The translations under genes and the position numbers were made by a program. A DNA stretch of 64,000 nucleotides from a bacterium (GTDB taxonomy: Bacteria > CG2-30-53-67), in NCBI GenBank assembly GCA_919901565.1, contig CAKKPE010000107.1, forward strand, positions 7,091-71,090. Direction: 5' to 3'. This document shows positions 29,630 to 40,907 of this stretch, in pieces. How positions within the stretch are numbered: position 1 is the first letter of the stretch; every line of letters begins with the position of its first letter. Below the pieces are notes generated by a model, which saw only the letters and a program-made list of their open reading frames with translations, was not told the origin of the DNA and did not search any database.

Positions 29630-30229
29630 ATGAAGGAGAGGGCCGGTTTTGACCGGAAAATGAGTCGGGAAGAGATCAATATGCTTCCGATTAGGAAGTG
29701 TGAATTCCCTGTCCATCTTGTCCGGACCCGTGAAGAACTGATCGCTGCCATTGAAGTGCTGAGCAATGACACGGTTTTTGGGTTTGATACGGAAACCAAA
29801 CCCGCATTCAAAAAGGGGCAGATGCACCCGACGGCGCTTATACAGCTTGCAGGGAGTAAGGCCGTCTATCTTTTTCAGCTCAGGGAGTTGAACCTGCCGA
29901 AAATGCTTCGGGATATTTTTTCGAACCCCCATGTGGTTAAAGCAGGGGTTGCGCTGGACGATGATATCAAGAAACTCCAGCAGCTGGCTTTTTTCAGGAA
30001 GTCAGGCTTTGTCGAACTGGGAGATGTTGCCAGGGAAGCCGGGATCAAGAATTACGGTCTGCGCGGTCTGGCTGCTGTGCTGCTGGGGTTCCGCATAACC
30101 AAGAATGCGCAGCTTTCAAACTGGTCAAGAGAGACACTCTCAAAAGCCCAGGTCAAATATGCGGCTACGGACGCATGGGTTAGCCGGGAACTATACTTGC
30201 AATTAAAAAAACATACCAAGGCAATCTAA
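29630..30229 (+). CDS. DEDDy 3'-5' exonuclease-domain protein
   Basis: GFDTETKP, LIQLA, SNW, YAATDAW. Confidence 0.9.
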   Translation: MKERAGFDRKMSREEINMLPIRKCEFPVHLVRTREELIAAIEVLSNDTVFGFDTETKPAFKKGQMHPTALIQLAGSKAVYLFQLRELNLPKMLRDIFSNPHVVKAGVALDDDIKKLQQLAFFRKSGFVELGDVAREAGIKNYGLRGLAAVLLGFRITKNAQLSNWSRETLSKAQVKYAATDAWVSRELYLQLKKHTKAI

Positions 30230-30290
30230 AAGAAAGCACCGTGATTTTTTAAGAATAGATCAGTTCATCAACCTTTAGAAGGAGAGACTT

Positions 30291-30641
30291 ATGAACATGG
30301 TTAATTTCAAGTGCGGTGAGAGAGAGAAAAGCGGTTCCTGCATGTTCAAAAGCCTGGTGTTTGCATTTTTATTCATGGGGATATTTTTCTTATTTAACTT
30401 ATCGATGCCAGCTCTTGTCTGTGCGGAAGATGACGGCATTCTTCAGGACGATGTCGTCGTCCAGGATCCGGGGGCGATGCAGGACCAAGGTGTAATCCAG
30501 GATGAGGTTCCCTCAGAAGACCAGGAAGGTGTGGAGAATGAAACACCCCCGGCAGGCGATGGCGACGTTCAGGACGGGGACAACATGCAGAATCAGGAGA
30601 ATGTGCAAACCGATGAAGAAGCGCCTCCTGAGCTTCCTTAG
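30291..30641 (+). CDS. Hypothetical exported acidic low-complexity protein
   Basis: AGGAG RBS; hydrophobic segment followed by a D/E/Q-rich tail. Confidence 0.6.
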   Translation: MNMVNFKCGEREKSGSCMFKSLVFAFLFMGIFFLFNLSMPALVCAEDDGILQDDVVVQDPGAMQDQGVIQDEVPSEDQEGVENETPPAGDGDVQDGDNMQNQENVQTDEEAPPELP

Positions 30642-30674
30642 AGCGTGTAACTGCCACCATCTGGAAGGATCATT

Positions 30675-31151
30675 ATGAACGATCAAAGCCTGAGAGTCGT
30701 CAAGATCCGAGTGCGCATGAACGTTTCCGGCAAACGCGTCATCGGTTATGTGGATCTTCCACAGAGCTATGACCGGACCTCGGATCTGTTGAATGGCCCG
30801 GATATGTTTATTCTCGTCCGGCCGGAAAAGCAGTCGTCAGAGAATAAGGGAGAAAGTTCACAGATTATCCAGAAGGGGGCCATCAGTTATCTTGAGGCCC
30901 TGGAAGAGCCGAAACATGCTGAGACAGCCCTCCAGCAGGGCCGTTTTCAGCCCGTTGCAGCCGAGTTCAAAGAACCGACTGTCCTTATCAAGGCGGAAAT
31001 CTTCGTTCCCCAGGGATCCAGTGTCCTGAGCGTGCTGAACGATGAGCGGGGTTTTATCAACCTGTGCAAGGTCCGTTTTGAAAGCTCAGTCGAGCAATAT
31101 AGCTATATTGCCGTCGGGAAAAAGCAGATTATTCTGATGAAGACGCAGTAG
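30675..31151 (+). CDS. Hypothetical protein with two similar halves
   Basis: RTSDLLN..DMFI and SVLN.ERGFINL repeats. Confidence 0.7.
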   Translation: MNDQSLRVVKIRVRMNVSGKRVIGYVDLPQSYDRTSDLLNGPDMFILVRPEKQSSENKGESSQIIQKGAISYLEALEEPKHAETALQQGRFQPVAAEFKEPTVLIKAEIFVPQGSSVLSVLNDERGFINLCKVRFESSVEQYSYIAVGKKQIILMKTQ

Positions 31152-31191
31152 GGAGGGCGGTTCAGGGCAAAGCCTCGCCATATCCGGGTTC

Positions 31192-33063
31192 TTATACTCT
31201 GCCCGATTGGATCGGGTCGCTTAACCGTTCTTCAAATGATCGGGCTTTGTTTTCGTACTCCACGGTCAGCTCTTCAAGTTCGCCGAAAAGAAGATCCATC
31301 TTTTTCCTGGATTCAGAGATGGACTTGGAGCTTTTTTTTATGGACTCACCATTCTGATTCTGTGAGGCCTCAAGAAGAAGCTGGGTCTCATGGTCAATGC
31401 GCTCTTCCAGTTCCTCGATGGTGTTTTCAACTTCGCGGATTCTTTTTTCAAGCGCAGCCAAAGTCTTTGACCTTTCTGCAAGAATTTCGGCGCGGATGCG
31501 CCTCATATCTTTTTTGTTCACGGGTTTATTTTTCTGTGCCTTGCTCCCGGTGCAAGGGGCAGGGGCGATCTCATCCTTCCATCCGACCCTGTCCAGAAAG
31601 TCCTGATAGGTGCCTTCGAACATTTTTACCTGATTGTCGTCGAAAACGATCAACCTTGTCGCCACGGAGCGGAGGATCATTTCACTGTGTGTGACGATCA
31701 TGACGGCGCCATTGAATGCGTCGATGGCCTCGAGCAGGGAATCAACGGATTCCATGTCAAGATGATTGGTCGGCTCGTCGAGCAGCAGGAGGTTGGCCGG
31801 GCAGGCGAGCAGCTTCCCGAGAAGAACCCTGCTCCTTTCGCCGCCCGAGAGTACCGCTATTCTTTTTAACGCCTTGTCCCCGTCAAACATCATCGCTCCG
31901 CAGATGCTGCGGGCCGCTTTTCTGTTTTGATCAGGATGGGCACCAAGGATTTCCTGTTCAACGGTATTATCCAGATTCAGACGGTTGATATTGGTCTGAC
32001 CGAAATAGGCAATCTTCAAGTCCTGATGCAGTCCTATAATTCCGGCTGTGGGTGAAAGTTCGCCTGCAAGAAGGTTCAATAAGGTGGTTTTGCCCTGCCC
32101 GTTCTTCCCGATAATGCCGATCCTGTCGTTTTTGCTCACAGAAAAACTCAAGCGGTCAATCAGAAGAGGATCTTCGGGATTAAACGAGAAGGAGAGGTCC
32201 TCGGCCCTTAAGAGCCATTTGCCCGAAAGGGGGGAGGCATTGAATTCGAAGTCCAGGGTCTTGATCTCCGAGAGTTTCTCAAGCTTTTCCTTCTTGAGAA
32301 GAGCCTTGACCCTGGATTGGACTGCACTGGCCTTGGTTGCCTGGGCCCTGAATCGGTTTATGAACTGCTCGGTTTCCTTGCGCTTTTTATCATCGTTCAC
32401 ACGGGTCTTCTCAAAGATCTCTTCTTCCTGGAGGACCTGCTGGGAGAATTTGAGGGTTGAACCGGATATTTTCCTGATCCTGCAGCGGTGAATCCCCATG
32501 GTGTGCGTGGTCACGCTGTCCATGAAGGCCCGGTCATGCGTGATCAGCATCAGCTCGTTCTTCCATGAAAGCAAAAAACGGTTCAGCCATCGGGCTGAGA
32601 CGATATCCAGGTAGTTTGTGGGTTCGTCGAGAAGGAGAAGGTTGGGTTCAGAGATCAGCACCTTGGCAAGATTCAATCGGACCTGGAAGCCGCCGGAGAG
32701 TTCATCCGGATGACGGTCAAAGTCCTTGCTGGAGAAACCAAGTCCCTGGAGGACATTCTTCACCCTGTACGTCTCATCTCTGCCGTCCTCGGTTGTCTTG
32801 AGGCTCGAGCACCCCTCTTTTAGGATGGTCTCCTCTGTAAAATGGATGTGCTGGGAAAGATGGGCGATGGAATAATGATTCGGGATACGGATTGCCCCTG
32901 CATCCGGGTGTTCTTCCCCGAGGATCATTCTGAACAGCGTGGTTTTCCCATGACCGTTCCTGCCGATCAGTCCGATGCGCTCGCCTGCATTGATCGAGAA
33001 ACTGATCTTGTTGAAAATAATCTGTTGTCCATACGATTTGTCTATCTCGCTGACTTGAATCAT
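31192..33063 (-). CDS. ABC-F family ATPase
   Basis: Two ABC domains (GRNGHGKTT, LSGG, DEPTN twice), no TM segments; start MIQVSEIDK. Confidence 0.93.
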   Translation of the reverse strand: MIQVSEIDKSYGQQIIFNKISFSINAGERIGLIGRNGHGKTTLFRMILGEEHPDAGAIRIPNHYSIAHLSQHIHFTEETILKEGCSSLKTTEDGRDETYRVKNVLQGLGFSSKDFDRHPDELSGGFQVRLNLAKVLISEPNLLLLDEPTNYLDIVSARWLNRFLLSWKNELMLITHDRAFMDSVTTHTMGIHRCRIRKISGSTLKFSQQVLQEEEIFEKTRVNDDKKRKETEQFINRFRAQATKASAVQSRVKALLKKEKLEKLSEIKTLDFEFNASPLSGKWLLRAEDLSFSFNPEDPLLIDRLSFSVSKNDRIGIIGKNGQGKTTLLNLLAGELSPTAGIIGLHQDLKIAYFGQTNINRLNLDNTVEQEILGAHPDQNRKAARSICGAMMFDGDKALKRIAVLSGGERSRVLLGKLLACPANLLLLDEPTNHLDMESVDSLLEAIDAFNGAVMIVTHSEMILRSVATRLIVFDDNQVKMFEGTYQDFLDRVGWKDEIAPAPCTGSKAQKNKPVNKKDMRRIRAEILAERSKTLAALEKRIREVENTIEELEERIDHETQLLLEASQNQNGESIKKSSKSISESRKKMDLLFGELEELTVEYENKARSFEERLSDPIQSGRV

Positions 33064-33111
33064 CTCTTCCCTAATGACGGGCCATGCTGTCTTGAGGCCT
33101 GATTTAATGTC

Positions 33112-33467
33112 TTTTTCATGTTTAAGTTGAACCACGCAAAAATTGGAAATTAAAATTTTTTTTGCAAGCTTAAGAATCAAAGATCAAAAATCAAAATTAC
33201 AAATCAAAATATAAAAATGGCTCAGCCTCTTTTGGAAAGCCTGGCTTGGATTCAAGACATGAACTCCCAAACGGGCATAACGCCCAAGCACCCGATTACA
33301 AATGACTCTATCTCCCCCTTCTATCGCACTTCAATAAACTCGCGTTACAAAAAAGTTAATCTCAGAACCATCCTTTAATATTCATTTCTGATTTTTACTT
33401 TGTCATTTTGATTGTTGATTCTTTATCTTTAATTTCTATAACCGTTAAACTTTCTTATGAAAGAACC
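33112..33467. repeat. Palindromic dispersed element family 1, copy C (longest)
   Basis: Both arms and the full core are present. Confidence 0.85.
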
Positions 33468-33531
33468 GTTTAAATTTCAAATGGGCTATGGGCAAAAACC
33501 CGGCAGTTTGCTCTATGAGGTTTCTTGGCAT

Positions 33532-33565
33532 AAAAAAGCTCCATGGTTGACCATGGAGCTTTTTT
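33532..33565. terminator. Intrinsic terminator after the cold-shock gene
   Basis: aaaaaagctccatgg-ttga-ccatggagctttttt. Confidence 0.85.
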
Positions 33566-33589
33566 ATGACCGTACAGGCATGTTTTTTA

Positions 33590-33790
33590 TTACACTTTTA
33601 CAACATTGGCGGCCTGGGGACCCTTGGGTCCTTCAACCACATCAAAGCTGACTCTGTCCCCTTCGTTCAGGGTTTTAAAGCCATCTCCCTGTATTGCCGA
33701 AAAATGAACAAACACATCCGGACCGCTGTCCTGCTCGATAAAGCCAAAACCCTTCCCTCCATTGAACCACTTAACCGTCCCTTCTGCCAT
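33590..33790 (-). CDS. Cold-shock protein
   Basis: [21 protein letters not shown]. Confidence 0.96.
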   Translation of the reverse strand: MAEGTVKWFNGGKGFGFIEQDSGPDVFVHFSAIQGDGFKTLNEGDRVSFDVVEGPKGPQAANVVKV

Positions 33791-34071
33791 TTTTATTCTC
33801 CTTTTCTCCTCGGTAAAACCGATATTTTTTAAATGCGCATTGTCTAACCATCGCCGGAAGACAACTGCACAGGCATAGCTTACAACATAATTATACTCAA
33901 AAACAAGAAATAATTTAGGAATTCAATAATAATGTGTTATGATACTCGAAATTGTAAGTTGAGGTTCAAAGATGGTTTTTTGACCCCGTTGCCGTGACTT
34001 CACTGCTGAGGTATAACCCCTCTACACATCCCCTATGGCCGGTTTGTGATAAAAAAGGGAAAGAGGATAGA

Positions 34072-35880
34072 ATGACAAAACGTAAGGATTTGAGAAACAT
34101 TGCGATTATTGCCCATGTGGACCACGGCAAGACAACACTGGTGGACTGGATGTTAAGGCAGGCCGGGACCTTCCGGGCCAATGAAAAAGTCCAGGAACGC
34201 GTGATGGACAATATCGACCTGGAGCGGGAACGCGGGATTACGATCATGGCAAAAAATGCGGCGGTTGAATACAAAGGGGTAAAGGTCAATATCGTCGATA
34301 CGCCTGGCCATGCGGATTTTGGAGGAGAGGTGGAAAGGACCCTGAAGATGGTGGACGGGGTGCTCCTTCTGGTGGACGCCTCGGAAGGCCCCCTCCCCCA
34401 GACAAGGTTTGTGCTCAAGAAAGCCCTGGAGCTCAAATTGCCGCCCATTCTGGTCATCAACAAGATTGACCGGCCTGATGCGAGGATTAAAGAAGTATTG
34501 AATGAGGTCTATGACCTGTTTATCGACCTGGACGCTACAGAAGAACAGCTTGAGTTTCCCGTGATTTACACAAATGCCAAAAAAGGGATTGCAAAATACC
34601 ACATGGAAGACGAATCCGAAGACTTAAGGCCTCTTCTTGATCTGATACTCAAGACTATCCCGGAGCCTGAAGGCGACCTTGACGGGATCTTGCAGCTCCT
34701 TGTCACCAATATCGGCTACAACGACTACGTGGGACGACTGGCCATCGGAAGGATCTTTTCAGGGACCTTGAAGGTCGGGGACCCGGCCACCGTGGTGAAT
34801 CATGATGGCGATGAAATCAAAACAAAGATCACATCGATTCATACATTCCAGGGACTCGAACGCCAGGAGGTGCAAGAGGCCTCGGTTGGCGACATTGTCG
34901 CCCTTTCAGGGATAGAAGGAATCAACATCGGCGATACCATTACAGACGCTGAAAGGCCGAAGCCTCTTCCAAGGATTATTGTGGACGAGCCGACCATATC
35001 CATGGTCTTTTCTGTGAACACATCCCCTCTTGCCGGCAAGGAGGGGAAATATGTCACGTCAAGGCACATCAGGGAGAGGCTCGAGAAGGAACTGCTCTAC
35101 AATGTTTCCATAAGGGTGGACTTCGAAAATACAGACGCGTTCAAGGTCATGGGGCGCGGCGAATTACAGCTCGCCATTCTGATCGAGATGATGAGGCGGG
35201 AGGGGTATGAGCTTTCCGTATCCATGCCCGAAACCATCACCAGGGAGATCAACGGCGTCCTGCAGGAGCCCATGGAACTCCTGGTCGTGGATGTGCCTGA
35301 AGAATACGTCGGGGTCATCACCCAGCAGGTCGGGATGAGAAAAGGCAGGATGTTGAAGATGCAGAATAACGGGCACGGCAGGGTCAGGGTCGAATTCAGG
35401 ATCCCGTCACGGGGACTGATCGGTTTCCGCTCCCAGTTCCTGACAGACACGAGGGGGACCGGCCTTTTAAATCACCTTTTTGACGGATATGAACCGTGGC
35501 ACGGGCCCATCACCAAAAGAAAGACCGGCGCCCTCGTTGCAGACAGGGCCGGACGGACGACCACCTATGCCCTCTTTCACCTGCAGCCGAGGGGGACGCT
35601 TTTCATAAAGGAGAACACGCAGGTTTATGAAGGGATGATCATTGGTGAAAATTCCAGGGAAAAAGATATTGATGTCAATGCCACGAAAGAAAAGAAGCTG
35701 ACCAACATGCGTGCATCGGGTGCGGATGATGCGCTTCAGCTGATCCCTCCGAGGATTTTAAGCCTTGAGCAAGCCATCGAATTTATCAAGGAAGATGAGC
35801 TTGTGGATATCACGCCACTATCCTTGAGGCTGAGGAAGAAGATCCTGGATGTCCATAAGCGGCCGAAAGCCAGGGAATGA
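34072..35880 (+). CDS. typA: Translational GTPase TypA/BipA
   Basis: [45 protein letters not shown]. Confidence 0.97.
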   Translation: MTKRKDLRNIAIIAHVDHGKTTLVDWMLRQAGTFRANEKVQERVMDNIDLERERGITIMAKNAAVEYKGVKVNIVDTPGHADFGGEVERTLKMVDGVLLLVDASEGPLPQTRFVLKKALELKLPPILVINKIDRPDARIKEVLNEVYDLFIDLDATEEQLEFPVIYTNAKKGIAKYHMEDESEDLRPLLDLILKTIPEPEGDLDGILQLLVTNIGYNDYVGRLAIGRIFSGTLKVGDPATVVNHDGDEIKTKITSIHTFQGLERQEVQEASVGDIVALSGIEGINIGDTITDAERPKPLPRIIVDEPTISMVFSVNTSPLAGKEGKYVTSRHIRERLEKELLYNVSIRVDFENTDAFKVMGRGELQLAILIEMMRREGYELSVSMPETITREINGVLQEPMELLVVDVPEEYVGVITQQVGMRKGRMLKMQNNGHGRVRVEFRIPSRGLIGFRSQFLTDTRGTGLLNHLFDGYEPWHGPITKRKTGALVADRAGRTTTYALFHLQPRGTLFIKENTQVYEGMIIGENSREKDIDVNATKEKKLTNMRASGADDALQLIPPRILSLEQAIEFIKEDELVDITPLSLRLRKKILDVHKRPKARE

Positions 35881-35894
35881 GACGGATTTTGCTT

Positions 35895-35988
35895 TATAGA
35901 AATGAAAGATAAAGAATCAAAATTTTATTTTTTGATTTGTCATTTTGATTTTTAATCTTTGATTCTTGATTCTCAATGTGTGCAAGAA
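35895..35988. repeat. Family 1 element, copy D (collapsed, reverse orientation)
   Basis: tatagaaatgaaagataaagaatcaa joined directly to tttgatttgtcattttgatttttaatctttgattct; core deleted. Confidence 0.75.
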
Positions 35989-36120
35989 CTGCTCTGTTTT
36001 CCAAAACATCGCTAAGCAAAATCAGATAAATGCCGGATCGACCCCTGGAAAGACGTCTATGAAGAGGTCCTTTGGTGCCGGAACCGGCGTTTATGGCAGC
36101 CTGTGGTTAATCGGGAGCCC

Positions 36121-37170
36121 TTATTTCAACAAGACCTCGATCTTGGCCGACTTCTTCAAAGAATCGACATACTCTAAAAGTTTTGATTGAATGACCGAGT
36201 TTTCCAGAAATTTAGAGATCTTGTCCTTGACCTCGTCATAGGGGGCCATTTGAGCAGGCTTTTTATCTTCACTTTTAATGATATGGTACCCAAAGGATGT
36301 TTTTACCACATCGCTGATTTCACCGGGCTTCATGGCAAACGCGGCCTTGGCAAATTCCGGGACCATATCTTCTGTGCTGAAGTATCCCAGTTCTCCGCTG
36401 TTCTGTGCGGCCGATGGGTCTTCGGAATTCTCCTTGGCCAGCTTTGCAAAATCCTCGCCTTTTTTCGCACGCTTTAACAGGTCTTTGATTTTTTTCTGGG
36501 CTTTTGCATCATCCTCTTTTGTGGCATCCTTGCCGACCTTGATCAGGATATGGCTGGCTTTGACCGACTCCTTCTGCATGAACTTGTCCTTGTTGGCCGG
36601 ATCATTATAAAAGGATTGGATCTCCTGTTCGGAGGTCGAAACATTCTTCTTTATCTCCCCGATCTGGTCATTAACCACTTTCTGGATGCGGACCTCCTTT
36701 TCGATGTCTTTGCGAAGGTCTTTTTCGGTTATGTTGTGTTCTTTGAGAGCGGCCTGAAAGTCTTCTTCCTTGGGTAGGCTGGCCCTGAGTTTTTTGTATG
36801 TCTCATCCACCTGCTGGTCCAAGTCCTTGATCTTCTGCTTCTTTCCTTCCTGAAAAAGAACTTCTGTGGTGATCAGGTCCTGCAACACCTTGATCCGGAG
36901 ATCCTTCATTTGGTCTTCTGATGAAACCGTGGCGGCCATCTGAGGGTTTTGTGTGAAAATCTGTTTGATGTTTTTCGTCAGTTCAGATTCCTTGATGGGG
37001 GTGCCATTGATTTTGGCGACAACGGCGTCCTCGGTTTTTGCTTTTTCCTGCTGTTGAGCGCTATCGGCTTTTTTAACCGGGTCATCAGCCCACAGAGATT
37101 GTGGGGCAAGGTAGATGCCGATCACAAGGAACAAATAAACGACGATTCTCATTGGATGCTGGGTTTTCAA
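36121..37170 (-). CDS. Parvulin-type peptidylprolyl isomerase (SurA/PrsA-like)
   Basis: Signal peptide, VVAKING, ASHILIK, FAKLAKENSED, VKTSFGYHII. Confidence 0.92.
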   Translation of the reverse strand: MKTQHPMRIVVYLFLVIGIYLAPQSLWADDPVKKADSAQQQEKAKTEDAVVAKINGTPIKESELTKNIKQIFTQNPQMAATVSSEDQMKDLRIKVLQDLITTEVLFQEGKKQKIKDLDQQVDETYKKLRASLPKEEDFQAALKEHNITEKDLRKDIEKEVRIQKVVNDQIGEIKKNVSTSEQEIQSFYNDPANKDKFMQKESVKASHILIKVGKDATKEDDAKAQKKIKDLLKRAKKGEDFAKLAKENSEDPSAAQNSGELGYFSTEDMVPEFAKAAFAMKPGEISDVVKTSFGYHIIKSEDKKPAQMAPYDEVKDKISKFLENSVIQSKLLEYVDSLKKSAKIEVLLK

Positions 37171-37316
37171 GGGGGTTCTCCTTATGGAAAAATGTGTATA
37201 AAAAAAACAGAATAATAGCCAATGATAGATTCATAAAACCTGATCATAACAGGGGGAATGAGAGACGTCAATAAAATTTACATAAAATTTATTTCATAAA
37301 AAACTATACACTCCAT

Positions 37317-37352
37317 AAAAAAAAGGAGATAACCAGTGTTGGCTAACTCCTT
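37317..37352 (-). terminator. Terminator downstream of tRNA-Ala
   Basis: aaggagataacca/tggctaactcctt imperfect hairpin next to an A8 tract (U-tract on the minus strand). Confidence 0.6.
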
Positions 37353-37360
37353 GATAGTTC

Positions 37361-37436
<76 letters not shown>

Positions 37437-37482
37437 ATTATTTTATATTCTTCAAACTTGAATACTAACTAACTCCTCACAA

Positions 37483-37560
37483 TGATCAGCCCTGAAGGCC
37501 GACCTTCCCGATGCAATCGGGACGCGCTCCTCCCGACCCTTGTCGGGAAGCTACAGCCCC
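37483..37560 (-). other. tRNA-Ala(TGC)-like element with arms replaced by palindromes
   Basis: Shares GGGGCTGTAGCT, GAGCGC and AGGTC with the neighbouring tRNA; lacks the 3' acceptor strand and CCA. Confidence 0.65.
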
Positions 37561-37717
37561 GAATTAAATGTAAAATCAATATAGCATTGAGAAAATTCCA
37601 TTGTCAAGGCTAAATCCTATTGACTTTTATGAAGATTATTGTAAACTGAAAAAAAATTTTCAGCGTTATCATTTCTTAAGCAAGATATCCTAAGAATTAA
37701 GAATAGGAGGTTTCGTT

Positions 37718-38722
37718 ATGGCAATCCGGGTGGCAATTAACGGGTTCGGGAGGATCGGCAGGAATATTCTCAGGGCGTCTCTCGACAACAAGAAGCTTGA
37801 TTTCGTGGCGGTCAATGACCTGACCACGCCAGAGACTCTGGCCCATCTGCTGAAATATGATTCGATCCTCGGCACGTTGGAGACAAAGGTCAAGGCCAAA
37901 AAGAATGCCATTGTGGTCGGAGACCGGGAGATCCGGATCCTTTCGGTAAGGGATCCGGCAGCCCTTCCCTGGAAGGAATTGAAAATCGATGTGGTCGTGG
38001 AGTCCACGGGGCTCTTTCTGGACCGCGCCGGTGCATCCAAGCATCTTGCAGCCGGAGCCAGGAAGGTGATTATCACGGCCCCGGCCAAAGAGCCAGATGT
38101 CACCATGGTCCTGGGGGTGAACGACGGGATGTACAATCCCAAGGAACACCATATCATCTCCAATGCCTCCTGTACCACCAACTGCCTGGCCCCTGTGGCC
38201 AAGGTCCTTCTGGATAACTTCGGCATTGTCAAGGGGCTCATGACCACGGTCCATGCCTATACCAACGATCAGAGGATTCTCGATTTCCCGCACAAGGACC
38301 TGCGCCGCGCGCGGGCTGCCGCGGTATCCATTATCCCGACGACAACGGGAGCTGCCCGGGCCGTCTCCCTGGTCCTTCCCCAATTGAAGGGGAAACTGGA
38401 CGGGATGGCCATGCGTGTTCCCACGCCCAATGTCTCGGTCGTGGATCTGGTGGCCCTGACCGAAAAAGAAACGACCAAAGAGCAGGTCAATGAAGCCATG
38501 AAGGCCGCGTCCAGAGGGGCACTCAAAGGGATTCTGCAATACGTGGATGAGCCGCTGGTGTCCAAGGATTTCAATGGGAGCCCCTTTTCTTCCTCTTTTG
38601 ATTCAGCCCTGACCTCGGTGATCGGCGGGAATCTGGTCAAGGTCATTTCATGGTACGACAATGAGTGGGGATACTCCTGCAGGGTCCGGGATCTGATCCT
38701 TTTTATTTCCAAGAAGAGATGA
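37718..38722 (+). CDS. gap: Type I glyceraldehyde-3-phosphate dehydrogenase
   Basis: [27 protein letters not shown]. Confidence 0.98.
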   Translation: MAIRVAINGFGRIGRNILRASLDNKKLDFVAVNDLTTPETLAHLLKYDSILGTLETKVKAKKNAIVVGDREIRILSVRDPAALPWKELKIDVVVESTGLFLDRAGASKHLAAGARKVIITAPAKEPDVTMVLGVNDGMYNPKEHHIISNASCTTNCLAPVAKVLLDNFGIVKGLMTTVHAYTNDQRILDFPHKDLRRARAAAVSIIPTTTGAARAVSLVLPQLKGKLDGMAMRVPTPNVSVVDLVALTEKETTKEQVNEAMKAASRGALKGILQYVDEPLVSKDFNGSPFSSSFDSALTSVIGGNLVKVISWYDNEWGYSCRVRDLILFISKKR

Positions 38723-38769
38723 CCGCAGGGAAAGGATCTCTTGAAAGAGAAAGGGCTGGATCGCTATCT

Positions 38770-39153
38770 GTGAGTCAGATCATCGGCATCGGAATCGATA
38801 TCATAGAAATTAAACGGATCGAGAAGGCCATGCAAAAGGGTTCTGACCGTTTCCGTATCCGGATCTTTACGGACCGTGAGGTGGAGTACTGCGAGAAAAA
38901 GAGGAAAAAGTATCAGCATTATGCTGCACGTTTTGCCGCCAAGGAGGCGGCCATGAAGGCACTGGGCACCGGGTTGCGCAAAGGGATCGGTTTCCCTGAG
39001 ATTGAACTGATCAACAAGGTGTCCGGGAAACCGGAATTGTTCTTTTATGGCAAGGCCCGGGAGATTTTAGACGCCTCTGGAGGGAGGGAGGTGTCTGTTT
39101 CGGTTTCTCATTCCAACGATTACGCCGTAGCCACGGTGGTACTCAGTGGGTAA
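38770..39153 (+). CDS. acpS: Holo-ACP synthase
   Basis: GIGIDII, RFAAKEAAMKALGTG, SVSHS; GTG start. Confidence 0.94.
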   Translation: MSQIIGIGIDIIEIKRIEKAMQKGSDRFRIRIFTDREVEYCEKKRKKYQHYAARFAAKEAAMKALGTGLRKGIGFPEIELINKVSGKPELFFYGKAREILDASGGREVSVSVSHSNDYAVATVVLSG

Positions 39154-40501
39154 TCTTGTTCCTGATTGCTTTTCCCAGGTCTGATGATCTGCGCCGAGAT
39201 GGCTGATCCACAAAGACGACGCTCTTTTCTTCCGACATAACCGCCAGCATTCTTTTATGTAACGAAGCCTGCTCCCTGAGGATTCTTTCAGTCAGCGGTA
39301 TTTCGATGAACTTTTTTATGTTACGCTTCAGAGGTCTTGCTCCATAACGCGGATCGGCCCCTTCGCTGATCACAAAATTGATGACAGCTTTGCTGAACCG
39401 GAGATGTATTTTCATTTCGTTGAGTTTCAACTGCAGCTTTGCAAGCTGTAGTTGAACAATCCTTCGGGTTTCTTTGGGTCCGAGCGGATTGAAACAGATG
39501 ATCTCGTCGATGCGGTTCAGAAATTCAGGGCGGAAGATCTTCTCAAGGGATTTCAGGGTCTCACGTCTTACCATTTCATGGTTCATGACGTCCTGTCTCG
39601 TGAATCCTACGGCGCTTTTCATCTTCTCGATTCCTTTAACACCTGCGTTGCTCGTGAGAATGATCACGGCATCATGGAAGGGAATTCTTCTCCCTTTATT
39701 GTCGGTCAGGGTTCCCTCGTCCATGACTTGAAGAAGCAGGTTGTGGACCATGGGGTTTGCCTTTTCAATCTCATCGAAGAGCACCACATTTCCCGGCCGC
39801 TTCAGCATCTGTTCGGTAAAACTCCCTCCATCATCGTATCCCACATACCCTGGCGGAGCGCCGATCAGTTTGGCATATTCATGGGGCTGTGAGAATTCCG
39901 AGCAGTCCACCCGGACCATATTTTTCTCATCACCGGTCAAGAACTCGGCCAGGGCCTTGGCCAGTTCGGTCTTGCCTACGCCGGTCTGCCCGATGAAAAG
40001 GAAACATCCCACAGGTCTGTTCGAATCCCTGATTCCGACTTTTGCGCTTTTTATGCACTGGGCAATCTGGTCGATGGCCTCATCCTGTCCTACGACCCTC
40101 TTTTTTAATGCGGCATCGATCCCATCTATTTCCCGGATGCGAGTCCAAAGGTCTTTCTTTTCTGTGGAGAGCAGCAAAGATGGCCGCTCTTTTTCCTGTA
40201 CCGGGATATTGACATTGTATATATTCAAAGACGGGTTGACCTTTATGCACATCCGATAGAGTTCTTCGATGGCGCTTTCCACGTCGACTTCTCGATCATA
40301 TTCACTATGGATCAGGGATCGGACCTTTTCATCGTACTCAGGGATAGACGCCTTTACAACAAGCTCCTGGTATGATCGCTTATCCCTCATGTCAGCGTCC
40401 TGAAAAAACACGTCCATTTCTTCCTGAGCGAGTTCCCTGACATTGATGAAGCAGTCGATCATCGGGCAGTATCTCATTTTGAGACTTGATTTGGACTGCA
40501 T
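39143..40501 (-). CDS. Clp/Hsp100-like AAA+ ATPase with only the second nucleotide-binding domain
   Basis: VVGQDEA, GQTGVGKTELAK, LIGAPPGYVGY, LFDEIEKA, FRPEFLNRID, YGARPL. The start is uncertain (40477-40552). Confidence 0.85.
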   Translation of the reverse strand: MQSKSSLKMRYCPMIDCFINVRELAQEEMDVFFQDADMRDKRSYQELVVKASIPEYDEKVRSLIHSEYDREVDVESAIEELYRMCIKVNPSLNIYNVNIPVQEKERPSLLLSTEKKDLWTRIREIDGIDAALKKRVVGQDEAIDQIAQCIKSAKVGIRDSNRPVGCFLFIGQTGVGKTELAKALAEFLTGDEKNMVRVDCSEFSQPHEYAKLIGAPPGYVGYDDGGSFTEQMLKRPGNVVLFDEIEKANPMVHNLLLQVMDEGTLTDNKGRRIPFHDAVIILTSNAGVKGIEKMKSAVGFTRQDVMNHEMVRRETLKSLEKIFRPEFLNRIDEIICFNPLGPKETRRIVQLQLAKLQLKLNEMKIHLRFSKAVINFVISEGADPRYGARPLKRNIKKFIEIPLTERILREQASLHKRMLAVMSEEKSVVFVDQPSRRRSSDLGKAIRNKITH

Positions 40502-40798
40502 GGATGGATTCTCCCTAAGTAATAACCTCAAACAGGCACTATCCTGTTCCAACTATATTATCGGGTATTCTTGCCTGAAACTTGAGAGGATAAACGGCAG
40601 AGGCCGAAAAGCAAAGATATGGCCTAAACTTAATTGGTCAGAAGGGCGGATAACCGGAAGGAATAATGATAAAGAGATGAACTGTCCATAACATGGCTAT
40701 GAAACCTCAAAAATTCACACAGGCCGTTGCTTTCCATGAAAAATAATCCCAAAGGGGGGTTGCTATTTTAATTAACCGTGACTATATTTGCAAGTTCA

Positions 40799-40825
40799 TT
40801 AGCACTCATCCTTGTAGAGTGCTAA
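40799..40825 (+). promoter_or_regulatory. CIRCE element (HrcA operator)
   Basis: Perfect TTAGCACTC-N9-GAGTGCTAA upstream of groES. Confidence 0.97.
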
Positions 40826-40907
40826 CAATCCCGTAAATCTGACAGGTTATAAAAAAGGGGAAAGTTCATCATTTTTAGTAACTCATTGAAAGGAAAGGAG
40901 AATCAGA

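Noticed and set aside
33064-33180. N-terminal extension of the ABC-F ATPase
   Set aside because: Begins inside repeat copy C.
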